Below are positions 55,988 to 60,099 of a stretch of 60,099 nt of DNA, piece by piece (the first letter of the stretch is position 1; the number at the start of each line of letters is the position of its first letter). Below the pieces are notes generated by a model. That model searched no databases. It was given only the letters and a program-made list of their open reading frames with translations, and was not told the origin of the DNA. Source of the DNA: Pseudomonadota bacterium (lineage in GTDB: Bacteria > Pseudomonadota > Alphaproteobacteria > Kiloniellales > J153); the NCBI GenBank assembly GCA_022572685.1, contig JACZVL010000002.1, positions 1 to 60,099 of the forward strand, given 5' to 3'. A program made the translations under genes and the position numbers.

Positions 55988-56791
55988 GTGAGCGACGTCC
56001 TGGCCCGCATCTGCGCCGACAAGCGCGAGCTGGTCGCGGCGCGCAAGGCCAAGCTGCCGCTTGCCGATTTGGAGTTGCTCGCCCGAAGCGCGGAACCGCC
56101 GCGCGGTTTTCACCGCGTGCTGGCCGATCGAGTGGCCTCTGGACGCTTCGGCCTGATCTGCGAAATCAAGAAGGCCTCGCCGAGCAAGGGCCTGATCCGC
56201 GCCGACTTCGATCCGCCGGCCTTGGCCCGGGCCTATGAGATGGGCGGCGCGGCCTGCCTCTCGGTGCTGACCGATGAGCCGTATTTCCAGGGGTGTGATG
56301 AAGACCTGACCGCGGCACGCGCCGAAGTGGACCTGCCAGTGCTACGCAAGGACTTCATGTTGGAGCCTTATCAGATCGTCGAATCGCGTGAGCTTGGCGC
56401 CGATTGCGTGCTGCTCATCTTGGCCGCGCTCACCGACACGCAGGCGAAGGAGTTGGAGGACACCGCGTTCGACCTCGGCATGGACGTGCTGATCGAGGTG
56501 CATGATGGCGAGGAGCTGGACCGGGCTTTGCGCCTGGACTCGTTGCTCATCGGCATCAACAACCGGAACCTCAAGACGCTCAAGGTCGATCTGGACACCA
56601 CCAGGACGCTCGCGCCGCGCATCCCCGATGACCGCTTGCTGGTGGCGGAGAGTGGGTTGTCCACGTCCCGGGACTTGGCGCGGCTGCGCGAGACCGGCGT
56701 CGGGGCCTTCCTGATCGGCGAATCGCTGATGCGCCAGGACGACGTCGCCGCCGCCACCGCCGCACTTCTGCGCGACCCGGCGAACGCCTGA
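55988..56791 (+). CDS. trpC: Indole-3-glycerol phosphate synthase
   Basis: (V)[15 protein letters not shown] start. Contains [21 protein letters not shown] and GINNRNL. Confidence 0.94.
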   Translation: MSDVLARICADKRELVAARKAKLPLADLELLARSAEPPRGFHRVLADRVASGRFGLICEIKKASPSKGLIRADFDPPALARAYEMGGAACLSVLTDEPYFQGCDEDLTAARAEVDLPVLRKDFMLEPYQIVESRELGADCVLLILAALTDTQAKELEDTAFDLGMDVLIEVHDGEELDRALRLDSLLIGINNRNLKTLKVDLDTTRTLAPRIPDDRLLVAESGLSTSRDLARLRETGVGAFLIGESLMRQDDVAAATAALLRDPANA

Positions 56792-56816
56792 GTTGGGCGG
56801 GAAAGGCAAGGCACCC

Positions 56817-57293
56817 ATGTCCGGATTCACCCACTTCGACGAGCACGGCAAGGCGGTGATGGTCGACGTCTCCGACAAATCGGAAACCGAACGCGTCGCC
56901 GTCGCCCAGGGCTCGGTGGTGATGCGGCCCGAGACCCACGCGCTGATCCGCGAGGGCGGGGTCGAGAAGGGCGACGTGCTCTCGGTCGCGCGCCTGGCCG
57001 GGATCATGGGCGCCAAGCGCACCCCCGAGTTGATCCCGCTGTGCCACCCGCTGGCGCTGACCTCGGTCAAAGTCGACCTCGCCCTCAGCGCGACGCGCCC
57101 CGCCGTCGAGATCACCGCGACCTGCAAGCTGACGGGCAAGACCGGGGTCGAGATGGAGGCCCTCACCGCGGTCGCCATCGCCGCGCTCACGGTCTACGAC
57201 ATGTGCAAGGCGGTCGACCGCGCCATGCGCATCGAAGACATCCGCCTGACCCACAAGTCCGGCGGCAAGTCCGGCACCTTCGAGGCGCCGTAG
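56817..57293 (+). CDS. moaC: Cyclic pyranopterin monophosphate synthase MoaC
   Basis: Contains [26 protein letters not shown] and [11 protein letters not shown]...YDMCKA. Confidence 0.95.
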   Translation: MSGFTHFDEHGKAVMVDVSDKSETERVAVAQGSVVMRPETHALIREGGVEKGDVLSVARLAGIMGAKRTPELIPLCHPLALTSVKVDLALSATRPAVEITATCKLTGKTGVEMEALTAVAIAALTVYDMCKAVDRAMRIEDIRLTHKSGGKSGTFEAP

Positions 57294-57302
57294 GTCGGGG
57301 TG

Positions 57303-58505
57303 TCATGAGCGCGGCCTCAGGCCGACATAACCAAGGGCACCAATAGCGGTGAAACCGGCGATGGTCAGAGCCAGCGGCCAGGCGGAGCCGTCGTGGAAGC
57401 TGCCCACCAGCAGGCCGGCCAGACTTGCCGCCGTCAGTTGGAGAGAACCGACCAAGGCGGAAGCCGAGCCGGCCGGCCCGTCCCCGGCCGCATCCAGCAG
57501 ACAACTGGGGCCGCTCGCCAAAATCAACCCCATCCCGAAAGTCAGCAGCATCATGCCGAGCAGGATGGCGGCGAGGCTCTCATGGCCGGCCAAGAGTGGC
57601 GCCACCAGAACCACGCTCCCCAAACAGGAAAAAGAGATGGCGCCTTGCACCAAACGGTCGGCGCTCGCTCTGCCGGCCAGGCGGGTCACCGTCAGACTGC
57701 CGGCCATGAAGGTCAGGATGAGCAGGCCATAGTAGAGCCCGTAGTCCTCGGTCGCGACGCCCAGCCGGTCGATCAGCAGGAAGGGGCCGGCGGTGACGAA
57801 CGCGAAAAAGGCGCCGAATACCATGGCCAGCGGGATCAAATATCGAAGATAGGCGCGTCGCCCGAGGAGAGCCAGGTAACCGCGCAGGATTTGCCGAGGC
57901 TGGATCGCGCCGCGATCCTTGGTGCCGGTTTCCGGCAACAGCCAGCGCACCAGAAGAAAGACCCCGGCGGCAAGTCCGGCAAGCAGCACGAAATTCATGC
58001 GCCAGCCCGCCAGGACGTAGACATATCCCCCAATGAGGGGACCGATTGCCGGCGCCATGCCAATGGCCATGCCATAGTAGCCCATGATCCGGACGGCTCT
58101 TTTTTTGTCGAACAGTTCGCGAATCATCAAGATCACCACCACCGAGGACACGCTGGCAAAGAGGCCCTGAGCGATCCGCCCGGCCAAGAGCCCGCCGATG
58201 GTCTGCGCGGCGGCACAGATCAGGCTCGTCACCACGAAGCCGAACATGCCAACCAGGAGCAGCCGGCGTCGGCCAAAGCGGTCCGCCAAGGGGCCGTGCA
58301 GCAGTTGTGCAAAAGCATAGGCGGCGAGATTGAGGCTCAGGGTCAGTTGCACGGTCGCCGCGTCGCTCGCCAGCAAGCGCGGCAAATGAGGCAGGCTCGG
58401 CGTATAGAGGTCGGTCGAGAGAATACTGACGCTGGAGCAGGCGACCAGCACGGCGGGGATAACCCAGGGGGCACGCCTAGGGGTTTCGCGGCGCGAACCG
58501 GTCAA
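57303..58505 (-). CDS. MFS transporter, Bcr/CflA-type drug resistance family
   Basis: 400 aa, 12 TM-like segments, with GPLADRFGRRRLLL (MFS motif A). Antisense to its neighbours, between moaC and moeA. Confidence 0.88.
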   Translation of the reverse strand: MTGSRRETPRRAPWVIPAVLVACSSVSILSTDLYTPSLPHLPRLLASDAATVQLTLSLNLAAYAFAQLLHGPLADRFGRRRLLLVGMFGFVVTSLICAAAQTIGGLLAGRIAQGLFASVSSVVVILMIRELFDKKRAVRIMGYYGMAIGMAPAIGPLIGGYVYVLAGWRMNFVLLAGLAAGVFLLVRWLLPETGTKDRGAIQPRQILRGYLALLGRRAYLRYLIPLAMVFGAFFAFVTAGPFLLIDRLGVATEDYGLYYGLLILTFMAGSLTVTRLAGRASADRLVQGAISFSCLGSVVLVAPLLAGHESLAAILLGMMLLTFGMGLILASGPSCLLDAAGDGPAGSASALVGSLQLTAASLAGLLVGSFHDGSAWPLALTIAGFTAIGALGYVGLRPRS

Positions 58506-58694
58506 AAATACCTCCTTGGCCGATATTCCCCGGATAGCCAGGCGACCGACTCTGAGATTGGCCGTAAGAAAACAGATTCACCGTCAAGGCGCAAACGCAG
58601 GAAGAAGCTATTGAAATTCTTTGTGTCTTGGTGTCTTTGGGGCGAGAATTCAGCCATCGATCCGGGAAACTTTCCGTTGCAACAGAACACTGAC

Positions 58695-59921
58695 ATGCTC
58701 TCGGTCGCCGAGGCCCTGGCGCGCATCACCGCGGCCTTTGCGCCGCTGCCGGCGGAGACCGTGGGCCTGACCGAGGCGCTGGGGCGGGTGCTGGCCGAGG
58801 ACGTGGCGGCGCGGGTTACCCAGCCGCCCACGGACGTTTCCGCCATGGACGGCTACGCGGTGCGCGCCGCCGACGTGGCTCAGGTCACAGCGGGGGCCCC
58901 GGCCCGGCTCGAGGTGGTCGGCCGGGCGCCCGCCGGCGGCGCCTACGAGGGCGTGGTCGGGCCCGGCCAGGCGGTGCGCATCTTCACCGGCGCCCCCCTG
59001 CCCGAGGGCGCCGACGCCATCGTCATCCAGGAGAACACCGAGACCGAGGGCGACACGGTCATCGTCAAGGAGGGCGCGCCCGAGGGGCATTACGTGCGCC
59101 CGGCCGGGCTCGACTTCCGCGCCGGCCAGGTCGGGCTCGAGGCCGGCCGGCTGCTGAGTGCCCGCGACGTCGGCCTGGCCGCGGCCATGGACCGCCCCTG
59201 GCTGCGCGTGCACCGGCGCCCGCGCGTGGCGCTGCTGGCGACCGGCGACGAGGTGGTGCTGCCCGGCGACCCGCGCGGGCCGCACCAGATCGTCAGCTCC
59301 AACGGCTTCTCGCTGGCCGCCTTCGTCCAGGCCTGCGGCGGCCAGGCGATCCACCTGGGCATCGCGCCCGACGACGTGGCCGCCCTCGAGACCCTGGTCG
59401 AGGGCGCGCGCGGCGCCGACCTCCTGGTGACCACCGGCGGGGTCTCGGTCGGCGAGCACGACCTGATCCGCGACGCCCTGGACCGGAAGGGCCTGGATCT
59501 CGATTTCTGGCGCATCGCCATGCGCCCGGGCAAGCCGCTGCTGTTCGGGCGCGTCGGCGAAACCCCGATCCTCGGCCTGCCCGGCAACCCGGTCTCGAGC
59601 CTGGTCTGCGCGACCCTGTTCCTGCGCCCGGCGATCGAGGTCATGCTCGGGCGAAAAACCCGGGACCAGGCGCCCGAGACCGCCATCCTGGGCGCCGACC
59701 TGGATGCCAACGACCGGCGCCAGGACTACCTGCGCGCCCGAATCGAGGTCGATTCGGCGGGCCGGCGCCGGGCCGTGCCCTTCGCGCGCCAGGACAGCTC
59801 CATGCTGGCGACGCTGGCCCAGGCCGACTGCCTGATCGTGCGCAAACCCCTGGCCGCCCCGGCCAAGGCCGGCGAAGTCGTTGAAATCGTGCCGCTTTCC
59901 GGCGGCGTGCTGGGCATCTGA
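58695..59921 (+). CDS. moeA: Molybdopterin molybdotransferase MoeA
   Basis: MLSVAEALARI start. Contains SAMDGYAVR, STGDE-like TGDEVV, TTGGVSVGEHD and PGNPVSS. The long N-terminal extension of ORF 57393 is antisense to the MFS gene and was rejected. Confidence 0.93.
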   Translation: MLSVAEALARITAAFAPLPAETVGLTEALGRVLAEDVAARVTQPPTDVSAMDGYAVRAADVAQVTAGAPARLEVVGRAPAGGAYEGVVGPGQAVRIFTGAPLPEGADAIVIQENTETEGDTVIVKEGAPEGHYVRPAGLDFRAGQVGLEAGRLLSARDVGLAAAMDRPWLRVHRRPRVALLATGDEVVLPGDPRGPHQIVSSNGFSLAAFVQACGGQAIHLGIAPDDVAALETLVEGARGADLLVTTGGVSVGEHDLIRDALDRKGLDLDFWRIAMRPGKPLLFGRVGETPILGLPGNPVSSLVCATLFLRPAIEVMLGRKTRDQAPETAILGADLDANDRRQDYLRARIEVDSAGRRRAVPFARQDSSMLATLAQADCLIVRKPLAAPAKAGEVVEIVPLSGGVLGI

Positions 59922-59990
59922 CCGGGCCGCTCTCCGGCGCCGGCCGGGAATTCGGATTTCCGCTCACAAAGAGCGCTTGACGGCCGACCG

Positions 59991-60005
59991 GAACCAAACT
60001 AGAAC
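59991..60005. promoter_or_regulatory. Alphaproteobacterial SOS (LexA) box GAAC-N7-GAAC upstream of lexA
   Basis: gaac caaacta gaac is a perfect match to the GTTC-N7-GTTC/GAAC-N7-GAAC direct-repeat operator, 67 nt upstream of the putative lexA ATG. Confidence 0.55.
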
Positions 60006-60071
60006 ATGTGGTGACGTTTTTGTTTTGTTCTACATGTTGTGGGTGCAAACCGCTCAGGGGCTAGAAGCGCG

Positions 60072-60099
60072 ATGCTGACACGCAAACAGCACGAATTGC
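60072..60099 (+). CDS. lexA: LexA repressor, first 9 codons only (3' end beyond the window)
   Basis: MLTRKQHEL matches the typical alphaproteobacterial LexA N-terminus, and an SOS box lies upstream. Only 28 nt are visible. Confidence 0.5.

Noticed and set aside
60002-60041. Second SOS box near lexA (GAAC-N7-GACG at 60002-60016, GTTC-N7-TGTG at 60027-60041).
   Set aside because: Each has 2-3 mismatches in a 4-nt half-site. Only the box at 59991-60005 is a perfect match, so the others are mentioned only as a possibility.

Overview
High-GC alphaproteobacterial (Rhodospirillales-like) core chromosome. About 60 genes are almost all co-oriented on the + strand. Order: nnr, an AceE-type E1 enzyme, tRNA-Leu, tig-clpP-clpX-lon-hupB, tRNA-Val, tRNA-Asp, the 14-gene complex I operon nuoA-N, birA-coaX-rnj-mce, tag, proS, lolCD, dnaE, rpsB-tsf-pyrH-frr-uppS-cdsA-dxr-rseP-bamA-skp-lpxD-fabZ-lpxA, trpD-trpC-moaC, an antisense MFS exporter, moeA, and the first codons of lexA behind a GAAC-N7-GAAC SOS box. 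The clearly non-core piece is an AT-rich ~1.2 kb cassette inserted exactly at the nuoK/nuoL junction. It is bracketed by a 51-bp perfect direct repeat (57 bp with one mismatch) that duplicates the nuoK tail and the nuoL start codon. It encodes a 220-aa three-TM protein plus two small Lys/Pro/Gly-rich peptides that share an AGPKPxxKPG motif. It has no recombinase and no obvious terminator, so it looks like a passenger module expressed from the respiratory operon. Other signals: a MITE-like repeat family (3 copies, two ending 2 nt before the start codons of nuoA and trpD); many in-frame 12/15-bp tandem duplications inside housekeeping genes; an orphan minus-strand intrinsic terminator in an AT-rich spacer (sRNA candidate); an inverted DnaA-box-like pair upstream of dnaE; and a sigma32-like promoter upstream of lon. 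The many long antisense or alternate-frame ORFs in the track are high-GC artefacts.
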